From the NCBI GenBank assembly GCA_044225365.1, contig JBGAIQ010000001.1, positions 256,001 through 320,000 on the forward strand: 64,000 nucleotides of DNA. The letters run 5' to 3'. The stretch comes from Planctomycetota bacterium (lineage in GTDB: Bacteria; Planctomycetota; B15-G4; JADJEK01). The notes under the pieces are model-generated. The model saw only the letters and a program-made list of their open reading frames with translations. It made no database searches and was not told the origin of the DNA. Numbering within the stretch: the stretch's first letter is position 1; each line of letters opens with the position of its first letter. Shown here one piece after another: positions 41,133-50,844 of the stretch. Both the position numbers and the translations under genes were made by a program.

Positions 41133-43052
41133 ATGGGCATTCTTCGTGTCGCGTCCATCGCGTCCTTGGCGCTCGCCACCGCGAGCTCGGCGTACGCCTT
41201 CCAAGGAACGCTCACGTTCTCGAACCAAACGGTCGCCGCCGGCATCGACGTGAAGTACCTCCCGGGCACGTTCGTGTCCTCCGAGTACATCGCGCCCGGA
41301 GCGTGCGGGGATTTCAATGGCGATGGCTTCCAGGATCTCTTCCTGCCGAGCGGCGGCGGGAGCAATGGTCCGGATCGTCTCTACATGAATCAGCAGAACG
41401 GGACGTTCGTCGACCAGGCTGCGGCCTGGGGCCTCACGACGGTCCACCGCGCGACAGGGCTCGCGGTCGGAGACTACGACAACGACGGCTACATCGACGT
41501 GTACGAAGCGAGCGCGGGCGCGAGCGGCTCCGGCCAGATCGGCCAGAACAAGCTCTATCGCAACTTGAACGGCACGTCCTTCACCAACGTCGCCGCGGCG
41601 GCGGGTGTCACCGGCGTCGCGGGCGATTCATTCGGCTCGTCGTTCGGCGATTACGACATCGACGGCGATCTCGACCTCTGGGTGCCGGGTTTCAACACGC
41701 ACAAGAACCGGCTCTACAAGAACAACGCCAACGGCACGTTCACCGACGTGACGACGGCGGCTGGCTTGTCCGGCGCGATCGCGAGCGTGTTCGGATTCGC
41801 ATCGCGCTTCGTCGACACCAACGGCGACCACTATCCCGAATTGCTGATCTCGGGCGACTTCGGCACGAGCCGCTACTTCCGCAACAACGGCAACGGCACG
41901 TTCACCAACCTGACGGGTGCGTCGGGAACGGGCAAGGACGAGAACGGGATGGGCGGAACCGTCGGCGACTTCGACCGCGACGGACGCGTCGATTGGTACG
42001 TGGCGTCGATCCTGGCGGACAACCCGGGAACCGGCTGGACCGGCAACAAGCTCTACTTGAATCAAGGCGGCCACATCTTCACCGAGGTCGCGAAGACGCA
42101 GGGCGTCTGGAACGGCGGCTACGGCTGGGGCTCGGTCGGCGTCGACTTCAATCACGATCGCTGGCTCGACATCGGCGAGACCAACGGCGCGCAATGGAGC
42201 AGCGAGTGGATCAACGAGCGGTCGTACCTCTGGCTGAACCAGGGCAACGGCACCTACGTCGAGAGCTCCGCCGCGGTGGGCTTCAACGACTTCGACCAGG
42301 GTCGCGGAATGCTCAACTTCGACTACGACAACGATGGCGACCAGGACATCGTCGTGCTCGGCAACAACGAGAAGGCGAAGCTCTGGCGCAACGATCTCAC
42401 GGGCACGAACATCCACTGGCTGCGCGTGTTCCTCGACACCAGCGGCGATCCGTCGCTCGCACCGAATGGCTACGGCTCGGTCGTGCGCGTGACGGCCGGC
42501 GGCATCCAGCAGATGGGTGGGCTCTACGGCGGCGACAACCTGCAGAGTCAGAGTGAACTCGCCGTGCACTTCGGACTCGGCGCTGCGACGATCATCGACA
42601 CGCTCACCGTCGAATGGAACGACGGCCGCGTCACGACCCTCAACAACGTCCCGGTCGACCAGAAGATCACGGTGTCGATCACGAAGCCGTGGACGAATCT
42701 CGGTGGCGGGATCCCCGGCAGCAACGGTGCGCTGACGCTGACCGGCACCGGCAATCTGATGGCGAACAGTCCGACGACGATCGCGCTCACGGGCGCGGTG
42801 CCGGGCGCGCCGGGCATCCTCTTCGTCGGCCTCGCGCCGCTCAACGCGCCGCTCTTCGGCGGCGTCTTCTGGCCGACCCCCGACATCCTCATCAACTTCA
42901 ACGCGGATGGCGGCGGCGGTCTCACGCTCCCCGTGCCCTGGCCGCCGGGCATTCCCTCGGGCTTCAAGATCTGGATGCAGACGTGGTTCGTCGATGGCGG
43001 CGCGCCACACGGCGTCGCGGCCTCGAACGGATTGAGGGCCACCACGCCCTGA
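41133..43052 (+). CDS. Secreted CRTAC1-family protein (FG-GAP/VCBS repeats + ASPIC/UnbV) with an extra C-terminal domain
   Basis: Signal peptide; repeated GD(F/Y)(D/N)xDG..D and NxGxGTF motifs; SQSE..VHFGLG. Confidence 0.88.
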   Translation: MGILRVASIASLALATASSAYAFQGTLTFSNQTVAAGIDVKYLPGTFVSSEYIAPGACGDFNGDGFQDLFLPSGGGSNGPDRLYMNQQNGTFVDQAAAWGLTTVHRATGLAVGDYDNDGYIDVYEASAGASGSGQIGQNKLYRNLNGTSFTNVAAAAGVTGVAGDSFGSSFGDYDIDGDLDLWVPGFNTHKNRLYKNNANGTFTDVTTAAGLSGAIASVFGFASRFVDTNGDHYPELLISGDFGTSRYFRNNGNGTFTNLTGASGTGKDENGMGGTVGDFDRDGRVDWYVASILADNPGTGWTGNKLYLNQGGHIFTEVAKTQGVWNGGYGWGSVGVDFNHDRWLDIGETNGAQWSSEWINERSYLWLNQGNGTYVESSAAVGFNDFDQGRGMLNFDYDNDGDQDIVVLGNNEKAKLWRNDLTGTNIHWLRVFLDTSGDPSLAPNGYGSVVRVTAGGIQQMGGLYGGDNLQSQSELAVHFGLGAATIIDTLTVEWNDGRVTTLNNVPVDQKITVSITKPWTNLGGGIPGSNGALTLTGTGNLMANSPTTIALTGAVPGAPGILFVGLAPLNAPLFGGVFWPTPDILINFNADGGGGLTLPVPWPPGIPSGFKIWMQTWFVDGGAPHGVAASNGLRATTP

Positions 43053-43156
43053 CCGAATCCGGTCGGCGATATCGACTCGATTCGTCCCGTGGCATTTCCT
43101 GCCTTGCGGTAAGCTGGGTCCGTCGTTCAGGACTCGCCCGCAGAAGGAGACCCATC

Positions 43157-44422
43157 GTGCGTCGATCCGTACTGCTCAAGTTCCCTGGCTTCGCGAGTTC
43201 ACTGGCAGGATGGTTGTGGTTCGCCCTGGCGGGCGGAGAGGCGTCGGCGCAGGTTCCCTGCACCGGCCCCGACAATCTCTGGGGCTGGAACTGCTGCCAG
43301 CTCATTCCGGCGACTCTTCCCAACTTCACGCAAGCGACGTTGCCCGGCCTCGGCATCTGCTGGACCAACTGTCAGCCGCAGACGCTGAATCAGATCAAGG
43401 TCGATTGGACGCCGCCGTTCCAGGTGCAGTGCTCCGAGTACCTGACGAAGCTCACGGTCACCGACATCAACACGACCCTGCCGATCATGCAGGGTTCGAT
43501 GGTGCTCGACTACACGCGGACGTGGACCGAAGTCGATCCGGCCGGCAATCTCGTGCAGGTGTGGCGATTCGCGGCGAAGGCCGATCTCTCGCCGGTGCTC
43601 GTCGGAATCGTTCCGCCGTGTCCCGCGCCGAGCTGCCTGCCGCCGTTCGGGAATCAGAACACCGCGTTCTTCTACGGCTACGTCGACTACGCGACGAACT
43701 GCTCTTCGGGCATCACGCAGAACGTGTGCGTGCTGTATCACGCGTGCGACTTCTTCATCCACAACCCGGCGCTCTCGAGCGCGGGCGGCGTGTACCACCC
43801 GAAACAGTCGTACGCGATCGTCGCGCCGCACTCGACGGCGCAGCCGTTCAGCGTGGTGAAGAGCCCCTCCGGCAGCGGCCCGCTGATCGGCGAAGGCACC
43901 CGCGATCTCTCGAACTTCCCGGGCGGTCCGTGCGTCGCGAACGACGGCATCGTCCAGGGGCAGCTCAATCTGCTCGGCGGTGCGTGTCTCTGTCCGCTCT
44001 CGGCGGCGCCGAAGCAGCATCAGTTCCGCACGTTCAGCGGTACCACGAACTGCCCGACGTTCGCCGGCACGCAGGGCAACTTCCAGGCCCTCAACATCGG
44101 CTTCCCGACATCGCTGCCGTGGTTCTACCTCACGACGACCAACATCGGAGTGTGGACGAATCCCAACGTGTACCCCGGCAAGGAGAACGCCTGGGTCGAT
44201 GAAGGCCTCTTCCTGCGCCAGACGGGCTGCGCGGGCGATGTGATCTCCGTCGAATACGGCGGCTCCACGAAGAACGGCTGGTCGATCCTGCACCCCGTGC
44301 TGCTCACGGCCTGCATCGACATCGCCGACAACTACACGGCGCCGTTGTTCGGCCCGTACACGTTCCCGATCCTCGGCAACGTGATGCAGACCGATCGCGT
44401 GACATTCACGTTCACGCCGTAA
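43157..44422 (+). CDS. Hypothetical secreted cysteine-rich protein
   Basis: AAGGAG RBS + GTG; signal peptide ending ASA|Q; 17 Cys in the mature part; typical coding codon bias. Confidence 0.8.
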   Translation: MRRSVLLKFPGFASSLAGWLWFALAGGEASAQVPCTGPDNLWGWNCCQLIPATLPNFTQATLPGLGICWTNCQPQTLNQIKVDWTPPFQVQCSEYLTKLTVTDINTTLPIMQGSMVLDYTRTWTEVDPAGNLVQVWRFAAKADLSPVLVGIVPPCPAPSCLPPFGNQNTAFFYGYVDYATNCSSGITQNVCVLYHACDFFIHNPALSSAGGVYHPKQSYAIVAPHSTAQPFSVVKSPSGSGPLIGEGTRDLSNFPGGPCVANDGIVQGQLNLLGGACLCPLSAAPKQHQFRTFSGTTNCPTFAGTQGNFQALNIGFPTSLPWFYLTTTNIGVWTNPNVYPGKENAWVDEGLFLRQTGCAGDVISVEYGGSTKNGWSILHPVLLTACIDIADNYTAPLFGPYTFPILGNVMQTDRVTFTFTP

Positions 44423-44447
44423 GCGATCGATCGAGCCACGAACGGAG

Positions 44448-44490
44448 CGCGGGGCCCTCGGCGATTCGCCGCGGGCCCCGCGTCCTTCTT
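44448..44490. terminator. Hairpin terminator between the Cys-rich gene and convergent flgE
   Basis: CGCGGGGCCC-T-CGGCG-ATT-CGCCG-C-GGGCCCCGCG followed by TCCTTCTT. Confidence 0.65.
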
Positions 44491-44506
44491 TACCGATCAG
44501 CGTGCG

Positions 44507-46450
44507 TCAGATGTTCTGGAGGAGCGAGTTCAGGAGCTCTTCCGACGCGCGGATGACGCGCGCGCTGGCCTGGTAGCCACGCTGCGCCTCGATCATGCGG
44601 ACGAACTCCTGCGCGAGGTCGACGTTGCTCGACTCGAGCACGCCGGACTGGATCGAGCCACCCGGCCCGCCGCCGGCCGAGAGGTTCGCGGTGCCGGAGT
44701 TCACGGTCTCTTCGAACAGATTGTTGCCCTGACGGCGCAGACCGCCGGGGTTCGCGAAGTTCGCGAGCGCGATGACGCCGAAGGTCTGGCTCTGGCCATT
44801 GGTGAACGACGCGCGAACGGCGCCGTCCTCGGTCACCGTGACGTCGGCGAGCGTGCCCGCCGCGTAGCCGTCCTGCGAGATCGCCTGCGCGGTGGCCGGA
44901 CCACCGAATTGCGTGATGCCGTCGATGCCGGTCGAGGTGCCGCTCTTCGGCGAGCCGAAGTTGAGGTCGATCGTCTGATTGCCCGTCACGAACTGGAGTT
45001 CGATGTTCGGGTCGCCGGCGCCGGTTCCGCCTGCGTTCTGCAGACTGCCATCCGAGTTGAATCGGATATTGGTGACGGAGCTGTCGAGCACGAGTCCGTC
45101 GTTGTCGGGCAGCGTCGCCGTCAGCTTCCACTCGAGAGCGTCGACGCGGTCGAACGTCAGCGAGAGGATGTGACTATCGCCGTTCTTGTCGTAAACGGTG
45201 ATCGCCGTGTTCACTTCGTCCGGCTTCGTGCCGGGTTGCTGCACCACGAACTGGACGTCGCTCCACGACGCGCCACCGACGTTGCCAGGAGCGTCGGCGA
45301 TCGAGAGTGCGTACTTCGCTTCACCGGGATTGTCGGCGGTCAGGGTGAGCTTGCCGTCCGCACCCAGAGTCACCGTGGCGTCGGAGAAGTGCGACTGGAT
45401 GAACGTGTTGAGGTCCCCGACGGTCGTGCCGGTCGTTCCGTAGACGAAGGTATCTTCGAACTCGGTGCCGTCCGACTGGATGCCCGAGATCGTGATTCCG
45501 TCGCCGTTCTGATACTGCGCCTCCGTGGAGACGAGGGAATTCAGGTCGGTCGCGGCGAGGGCAGCCGATTCCGTGCCGGTCGTCGAGACCGTCTGCAACC
45601 CGAGGGTGAAGGCGGGCGAACCCGTCACGTCGGTGAGCTTGATCGACGAGCTGTTTCCGAGCTTGTTCGACTGGATGTCGACGTTCGAACCGTTCGCGGA
45701 TGCGGTCACGCCCGTAGCCTGCGTGTTGATCACTGCCGCGACCTCGGCCGCGGTAGCCGCCGCGATGTTGACGAAATCCGCTGTGTGGAAGGTGATGGTC
45801 TGCGGCGGGCCGCCGTCGACCTGCAGGGTCATGCTGTCGCCGTTCGTGAGAGCGAAGGGCCCGCTCTTCGAGCCGGAGACCAACGCGGCGGTACCGGTGC
45901 TGAGCGGATTCGTCGTTTCCAGGATGGCCGGCAACGGGCCATGGACCGTCGCGGGGAGGTTGCCCTGCATCGTCACGGCGGCGGTCGGTTGCGGCGGTGC
46001 GATCGCATTCGGCGGTACCACGATCGAGGCGCCCGTCGCGGCCTTCACCGTGTAGCCCGTGCCAAGGTCGACGAGCGTGCCGTTCGCGTCGAAGCCAAAG
46101 GTGCCGGCGCGCGTGTAGAAGTCCCGCGAGCCGTTGTTCAGCACGAAGAACCCCGGGCCGAAGATCGTGAGGTCGAGGTTGCGATCCGTCGCCAGGATCG
46201 ATCCCGAGCTGGTGTCGATGTCGATCGACTTCACGCCGACACCGAGGCCGAGCTGCGACGGGTTCTGACCGCCGACCGTCGCCGATGGGGCGGATCCGGG
46301 CGACGTCGTGATCGACAAGAGGTCGCCGAACGTCGTGCGACCCGATCGGTAGCCGACCGTGTTCGAGTTCGCGATGTTGTTGCCGACGACGTCGAGGCTG
46401 GTCTCGAACGCGCGAAGGCCGGAGAGTCCGGTGAATAGCGAGAGGCTCAT
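44507..46450 (-). CDS. flgE: Flagellar hook protein FlgE (long form)
   Basis: SLFTGLSGL, VVGNNIANSNTVGY, YTRAGTF, LE.SNVDLAQEF..MI.AQRGYQA. Confidence 0.95.
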   Translation of the reverse strand: MSLSLFTGLSGLRAFETSLDVVGNNIANSNTVGYRSGRTTFGDLLSITTSPGSAPSATVGGQNPSQLGLGVGVKSIDIDTSSGSILATDRNLDLTIFGPGFFVLNNGSRDFYTRAGTFGFDANGTLVDLGTGYTVKAATGASIVVPPNAIAPPQPTAAVTMQGNLPATVHGPLPAILETTNPLSTGTAALVSGSKSGPFALTNGDSMTLQVDGGPPQTITFHTADFVNIAAATAAEVAAVINTQATGVTASANGSNVDIQSNKLGNSSSIKLTDVTGSPAFTLGLQTVSTTGTESAALAATDLNSLVSTEAQYQNGDGITISGIQSDGTEFEDTFVYGTTGTTVGDLNTFIQSHFSDATVTLGADGKLTLTADNPGEAKYALSIADAPGNVGGASWSDVQFVVQQPGTKPDEVNTAITVYDKNGDSHILSLTFDRVDALEWKLTATLPDNDGLVLDSSVTNIRFNSDGSLQNAGGTGAGDPNIELQFVTGNQTIDLNFGSPKSGTSTGIDGITQFGGPATAQAISQDGYAAGTLADVTVTEDGAVRASFTNGQSQTFGVIALANFANPGGLRRQGNNLFEETVNSGTANLSAGGGPGGSIQSGVLESSNVDLAQEFVRMIEAQRGYQASARVIRASEELLNSLLQNI

Positions 46451-46514
46451 CTTCTGTTCCTGGTTCCCGGTTTCGTGAGGGGTTCGTTTCGACTGGGGCG
46501 CGTGAGACGTGCGA

Positions 46515-46988
46515 TCAGGTGGCCGTCGCGGGCGGGGTCTCGGCGGTGATTCCGGTGACGGCGTTCATCGGGACGTCGGTGCCGTTGATCGAGAGCAGCA
46601 GCGAGCCGTTCTCGAGCTTCACGGCGGAGACGAGTCCGGCGCCTTCCTTCTGCGTCGTCGGATCGACGTACTTCACGTTCTTGCCGACGAGCGACGCCGA
46701 CTGCGTGAACGCGTTCTGCCCGGCGACGACCTGCTGGAGCTGGATGAGGCCGGAGAGCTGCTTGTTGAGCGTCGACGTCTCCTGCACCGAGGCCATGCCC
46801 GAGATCTGGGTGATGAAGTCCTTGTCGCTCACCGGCTCGCTCGGGTCCTGGTTCTTGAGCTGCGTGGTGAGGATCTTCAGGAAGAGATCCTGATTGCTCG
46901 TCGGCTCGTTCGACTTGGTCGATTGCGTGCCGTAGCCGTACTTGTCGAAGAGGACGTTCTGCGCTGCGCTGGTATCCATGTCGATCAC
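46515..46988 (-). CDS. flgD: Flagellar hook capping protein FlgD
   Basis: FLKILTTQLKNQDP.EP, LVGK. Confidence 0.92.
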   Translation of the reverse strand: MIDMDTSAAQNVLFDKYGYGTQSTKSNEPTSNQDLFLKILTTQLKNQDPSEPVSDKDFITQISGMASVQETSTLNKQLSGLIQLQQVVAGQNAFTQSASLVGKNVKYVDPTTQKEGAGLVSAVKLENGSLLLSINGTDVPMNAVTGITAETPPATAT

Positions 46989-46989
46989 C

Positions 46990-48753
46990 TCATGCCATGA
47001 CGTCGAGTCGCGCGTTCGTAGCGAGACTCTTCTCGGTTTGAATCTTGGGTCGCGAATCCGTTCGCGATCCCTTGGCGGGCGCGCCCATTCCCCCCTCGCC
47101 TTCGAACGACTCCTGGAAGGACCGGAACGTCTCGGAGTCTCGTCGCTGATCTGGATCGAGGGCGATATCGAATTGCGAGACGTCGATGCCGCTCTTGCTC
47201 AGCGTGTCGGTGAATTGCTTGAGATCGCTCTTCAGCGCTTCCACGACCTCGGGGCGCGAGGCGCGCACGACGACCGCGAGCGAGTCGCCGCGCATCGTGA
47301 ACTTCAGCGTGAGTGCGCCGAGAGACGCAGGATCGAGGCGCAATCGCAGCTCGGACGTGCCCGGCTTGATCGAACGCTGGATCTGGTTGAGGATCGCCTG
47401 GATCGGGACGGTGTGGGCGAGTGATCCCGCTGCGCCCATGCGACTCGTCCCGAGCGCGGAGTTCGTGAGGGACGCCGGGTTCGCGCCGTTCGCGGCGAGG
47501 GGATTCGTCGAAGGAACCTCGGTCCGGGACGGACTCGAGACACTCTCGATTCGAACCTTGGAGGCATCGAGCGCCTGCTGGAGTTTCGTCGCGCTCCCCT
47601 GGCGCTCGCTCGCTGTCGCGGTCGCCTTCGCGCCATCGCCGCTGGCATGCGCGGCAGCCGCCGCGTCGGCGTCCTTGGCAGGAAGCGCATCGGCCTCGCT
47701 CGGGTCGACCTTGGCCGCCTCGGCGATCTTCGCGTCGCGTTCCTTGGGAGTGAGCCCCTTGCCGTCGCGGAGTTCATGCACCGACTTGGTGGAGCCGAGC
47801 GCGGCCTTCGCAGCGGCGATGAGGTCCTCGGCCTTCGGAGCCGCGGTGGCGATCGCGTCGTCCAATGCATCGCTCTTCGACTTGTGCTCCGGACGAGCAT
47901 TGGGCGCGGCGACCTTCGGCGTATCGTCGGTCGTCGAGGTCGTCGGCGCGGAATCGCTCGTCGTCGCTTCGTCGTCCGCCGGGCCGTTCGCCGTCGCCTC
48001 TTCGGCGCTCTCCGTGGACGTTTCGTCGTGGCGTTCGGTCGTTGCTTCCTCGACGGCTCGCGGCAGCTCCTCGTTGGGAGTCTCATCCGTCGTCGCGTCG
48101 GCCTCGAGGTCTGGGGTGGCGATGGCAGGGGTTGCGAGAGCCGGGATGGAGGGAGCTTGCGCTTCGGGTTTCGCGACGACGACCCGCGTCGGGTCGGGGA
48201 TCGCCTTCTTCACGGTTTCATCGCTCGCCGGCGCGGACGATTCAGCGGTCGGGTCGGCATCAGCGGTCGCGGCCGGTTCCGTGGCGGGATCCGCCTCCGC
48301 ATTCTCCGCGGCGTTCGTCTCCGCGGCAGCATCCGCGAGAAGGGCCGCTGCATCCGGATCGATCGTCGGAGTGGGATTCCCGGAGTCCTTCGCGGTATCG
48401 GACTTGGTCGCGGCGTCCTTCTTCTCGGTCTTCGCGACCGCAGACTTCTTGTCGGCCTTCTTGTCGTCGTGGCGCTCGGCGTTCTTCGCGACCTTGGAGC
48501 GACCGTGGTCGCTCGCCTTGTGGGGGGACTTCGTTCCCGTGGAGCGAGTCGAGCTCGCTTCGGAATGCACCGCCTCGCGGGGTTTGTCGGCTTTTGGACC
48601 CTTCGCTGAGGTGAGGTGGGTGAGGATGGACTCGAAGGACCCGCCGTGCGCGCCGCCGGCCTTGGTCGACGAGGTCTGCGAGGACGGCGAGGCGAGGAGA
48701 TTCAGGGCATCGAGCGGATTCGAGCTCAAGGGCTTTTGGACTGCGTCGATCAA
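46990..48753 (-). CDS. fliK: Flagellar hook-length control protein FliK
   Basis: Long low-complexity A/T/P/E/D region and C-terminal LRLRLDPASLG domain; upstream of flgD. Confidence 0.85.
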   Translation of the reverse strand: MIDAVQKPLSSNPLDALNLLASPSSQTSSTKAGGAHGGSFESILTHLTSAKGPKADKPREAVHSEASSTRSTGTKSPHKASDHGRSKVAKNAERHDDKKADKKSAVAKTEKKDAATKSDTAKDSGNPTPTIDPDAAALLADAAAETNAAENAEADPATEPAATADADPTAESSAPASDETVKKAIPDPTRVVVAKPEAQAPSIPALATPAIATPDLEADATTDETPNEELPRAVEEATTERHDETSTESAEEATANGPADDEATTSDSAPTTSTTDDTPKVAAPNARPEHKSKSDALDDAIATAAPKAEDLIAAAKAALGSTKSVHELRDGKGLTPKERDAKIAEAAKVDPSEADALPAKDADAAAAAHASGDGAKATATASERQGSATKLQQALDASKVRIESVSSPSRTEVPSTNPLAANGANPASLTNSALGTSRMGAAGSLAHTVPIQAILNQIQRSIKPGTSELRLRLDPASLGALTLKFTMRGDSLAVVVRASRPEVVEALKSDLKQFTDTLSKSGIDVSQFDIALDPDQRRDSETFRSFQESFEGEGGMGAPAKGSRTDSRPKIQTEKSLATNARLDVMA

Positions 48754-48796
48754 GAGAAGGACTCCACCGCCGGATCTTCCGGCAGCGGGGTCGAAG

Positions 48797-48811
48797 GCAA
48801 GCCACGTACCG
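48797..48811 (-). promoter_or_regulatory. Putative sigma54 promoter for fliK-flgD-flgE
   Basis: Minus strand CGGTACGTGGCTTGC = GG-N10-GC, 44 nt upstream of the fliK start. Confidence 0.55.
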
Positions 48812-49064
48812 TGCGGGTCAGCGCGCCAGGATTCTGGCGAGGGCTTCGTAAGTGCTGGCCTGACTTGGCTCTGGAGGAATCGGCCAACTCTTCACGGCAG
48901 GCTCGAGGGCGAAAGGTTTTCGCTTCGAGACGAATCGGAAGGGGCGGTTTCTTCGCGTCGCTTCCCCCGTCAGGATCGCGCGCATCGCCGAGATGCGGTT
49001 CTCTTTCCGGGATTGCGGCGGCGGATTCAAAGCGGATTCCGCAGGAAAAACGTGGTTTTGGCTC

Positions 49065-49091
49065 TCAAGCGAAGAAGATTCGCGCCGAAGA
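49065..49091 (+). promoter_or_regulatory. Putative sigma28 (FliA) promoter
   Basis: TCAA-N15-GCCGAAGA versus consensus TAAA-N15-GCCGATAA; 28 nt upstream of ATG 49120 with AAAGGAG RBS. Confidence 0.65.
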
Positions 49092-49119
49092 ACTAGGGGT
49101 CCGAAAAGGAGTGTTCGTC

Positions 49120-49422
49120 ATGCAGATCGACGGCTTCAACAAACTTACGCGCGGCGGTGCGGATCGAACCGAGGAGACGAAGCGTCCCGAGCGGACGGCG
49201 CCGACCTCGACGAGCCAGGTGTCCGATGTGACGCCGGTCGATTCGCTCGAGACCGACGTGTCGGCGTTCATCGGCCGTTCGGTCCAGACGGCGGGTCGCG
49301 TGCTCGACACGCGCCTCGAAGCGCTCCGCTCGCAGAAGGACGAGATCCTCCGGCGAGCCGACGATCCGCGATCGATCCGCAAGGCGGCGGAGACGTTCGT
49401 GGCGACGGCGATCAACGAGTGA
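49120..49422 (+). CDS. Small protein, probable anti-sigma28 factor FlgM (divergent)
   Basis: 100 aa; MQIDG start, disordered N-half, 'DS' motif, helical C-terminus (RLEALRSQ...SIRKAAE); sigma28 promoter; flagellar context. Confidence 0.55.
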   Translation: MQIDGFNKLTRGGADRTEETKRPERTAPTSTSQVSDVTPVDSLETDVSAFIGRSVQTAGRVLDTRLEALRSQKDEILRRADDPRSIRKAAETFVATAINE

Positions 49423-49518
49423 GGGAGTGAGGACGTCGTCCTCACGGAAGAGCTGGGAAAAGGCGGATCCGGGGCATGCGACGAGAGTCGTGTGCCCCGA
49501 CTTCATTTTCTGGGCCCG

Positions 49519-50844
49519 TTACTTCGCGCTCGGGACGGCCGGCACCGGCGTGGGCTGCAGCCGACCGAGCGCCGCAACCAGATCGATATTCGCGGCCGCG
49601 ACCGCAGCTCGCGCCTCTTCCCGCGCAAGTCGCGCCTTCACTTCGTCGCGACGGGTCGTGATCCAATCCTCGATCGTCGCCTCGCCCGCGCGGAACAGTT
49701 TCTCGGTGCCGTCACGAAGCGACTCGCGGACGCGAGCGAGCGGCTCGGCGTGATTCGCGAGATACGCGGTCGCGGCCTCGAAGGACGCATGAGCGATCGC
49801 GATCTCCGAGGTCACGGTCGCCGCCACCGCGCGCAGATTCGCGGCGGCATCGAGTAGCTCCGCCGAGGCTTCGAGCACGGCGTTGTCGCCGCGATCGAAC
49901 AGCGGCAATCCCACCTCGATCGAAGCGACCTCGCTCGTCGCGGTGCTCTGGCGGCGATGGCCGACTCCGATCGTGGGCAGCAGCTCGATCCGCAGGTCGG
50001 CGAGACGCTGGCGCTCGAGCGTCGCCCGGTACTTTGCGAGCGCTTCCTTCATCTCCGGTCGCGCGGCGGCGGCCTCGGCGAGGAGCGACTCCAGGTCGGA
50101 CGGACTCGCCACCGCGCTCGCGTCCGGCGCGTCCCGATCCGCGAGTTCGAGCGCGACCGGGCGATCGAATCCGAGGGCGAATGCGAAGCGGATCGTCGCG
50201 AGGCGTGTCGCAGCGACGGCCGCGGCCTCCTCGGCAGCGGCATCGAGCTGCTCCGCCTCGGCGCGCTCGCTCGCGATGCGCGGGAACTGCCCGAGTCGCG
50301 CGAACTCCTCGATCGCGGCGCGCTGCTTCGTGGCGATCTCGGTCGCTTCGTGGAGCAACGCCGCCTTGCGGTGCAGCACGATGAGATCGTCGAAGTCGTG
50401 GGCGACCGACTTCGCGAGCTGCTGCTGCTCGGCGGCGACGTGGGCGGCCTCCGCCTCGGCGTCGAACTCCGCGGCATCGATTCGCCACGGCATCGCGAGT
50501 AGATCGGCAAGCGAGACGAGCACGCTGCGCGTCTTCTGCGGCGGCACGGCGTCCGGCCCGTGGTCGAGGCCGAGATCCTCCCACTCGAGGAGTAGGGTCG
50601 GATTCGGTAGCGTGCGCGCCTTGTCGAGAGCGGCCCTCGCTTTGGACAGTCGAGCTTCCCAGGCGGCGACGGTCGGTGCACTGCTCGCCGCCAGATCGAT
50701 GCACTCCTGGCGGCTCAGCGGATGATCTGCGAGCGACGGAAAGTGGGCCGGCCGCAGATTCGGCTCGACCGAAGCACAGCTCGCCAAGGGCGCCAGGACG
50801 AAGAGCGCCCACAGCCGCGGTGATCGCTCGGCGCGAAATATCAT
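49519..50844 (-). CDS. TolC-family outer membrane efflux lipoprotein
   Basis: Lipobox LASC, LPNP, LPLFDRG, helical repeats, 'LFRAGEA...D'. Confidence 0.85.
   Translation of the reverse strand: MIFRAERSPRLWALFVLAPLASCASVEPNLRPAHFPSLADHPLSRQECIDLAASSAPTVAAWEARLSKARAALDKARTLPNPTLLLEWEDLGLDHGPDAVPPQKTRSVLVSLADLLAMPWRIDAAEFDAEAEAAHVAAEQQQLAKSVAHDFDDLIVLHRKAALLHEATEIATKQRAAIEEFARLGQFPRIASERAEAEQLDAAAEEAAAVAATRLATIRFAFALGFDRPVALELADRDAPDASAVASPSDLESLLAEAAAARPEMKEALAKYRATLERQRLADLRIELLPTIGVGHRRQSTATSEVASIEVGLPLFDRGDNAVLEASAELLDAAANLRAVAATVTSEIAIAHASFEAATAYLANHAEPLARVRESLRDGTEKLFRAGEATIEDWITTRRDEVKARLAREEARAAVAAANIDLVAALGRLQPTPVPAVPSAK

Noticed and set aside
41300-42360. Recurrent GGCGAC...GACGGC / AACGGCACGTTC nucleotide repeats
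   Set aside because: These are coding FG-GAP/VCBS repeats, not a CRISPR array or DNA repeat element.
47186-49096. 636-aa Ser/Ala-rich plus-strand ORF
   Set aside because: Antisense shadow of low-complexity fliK with no family motifs.
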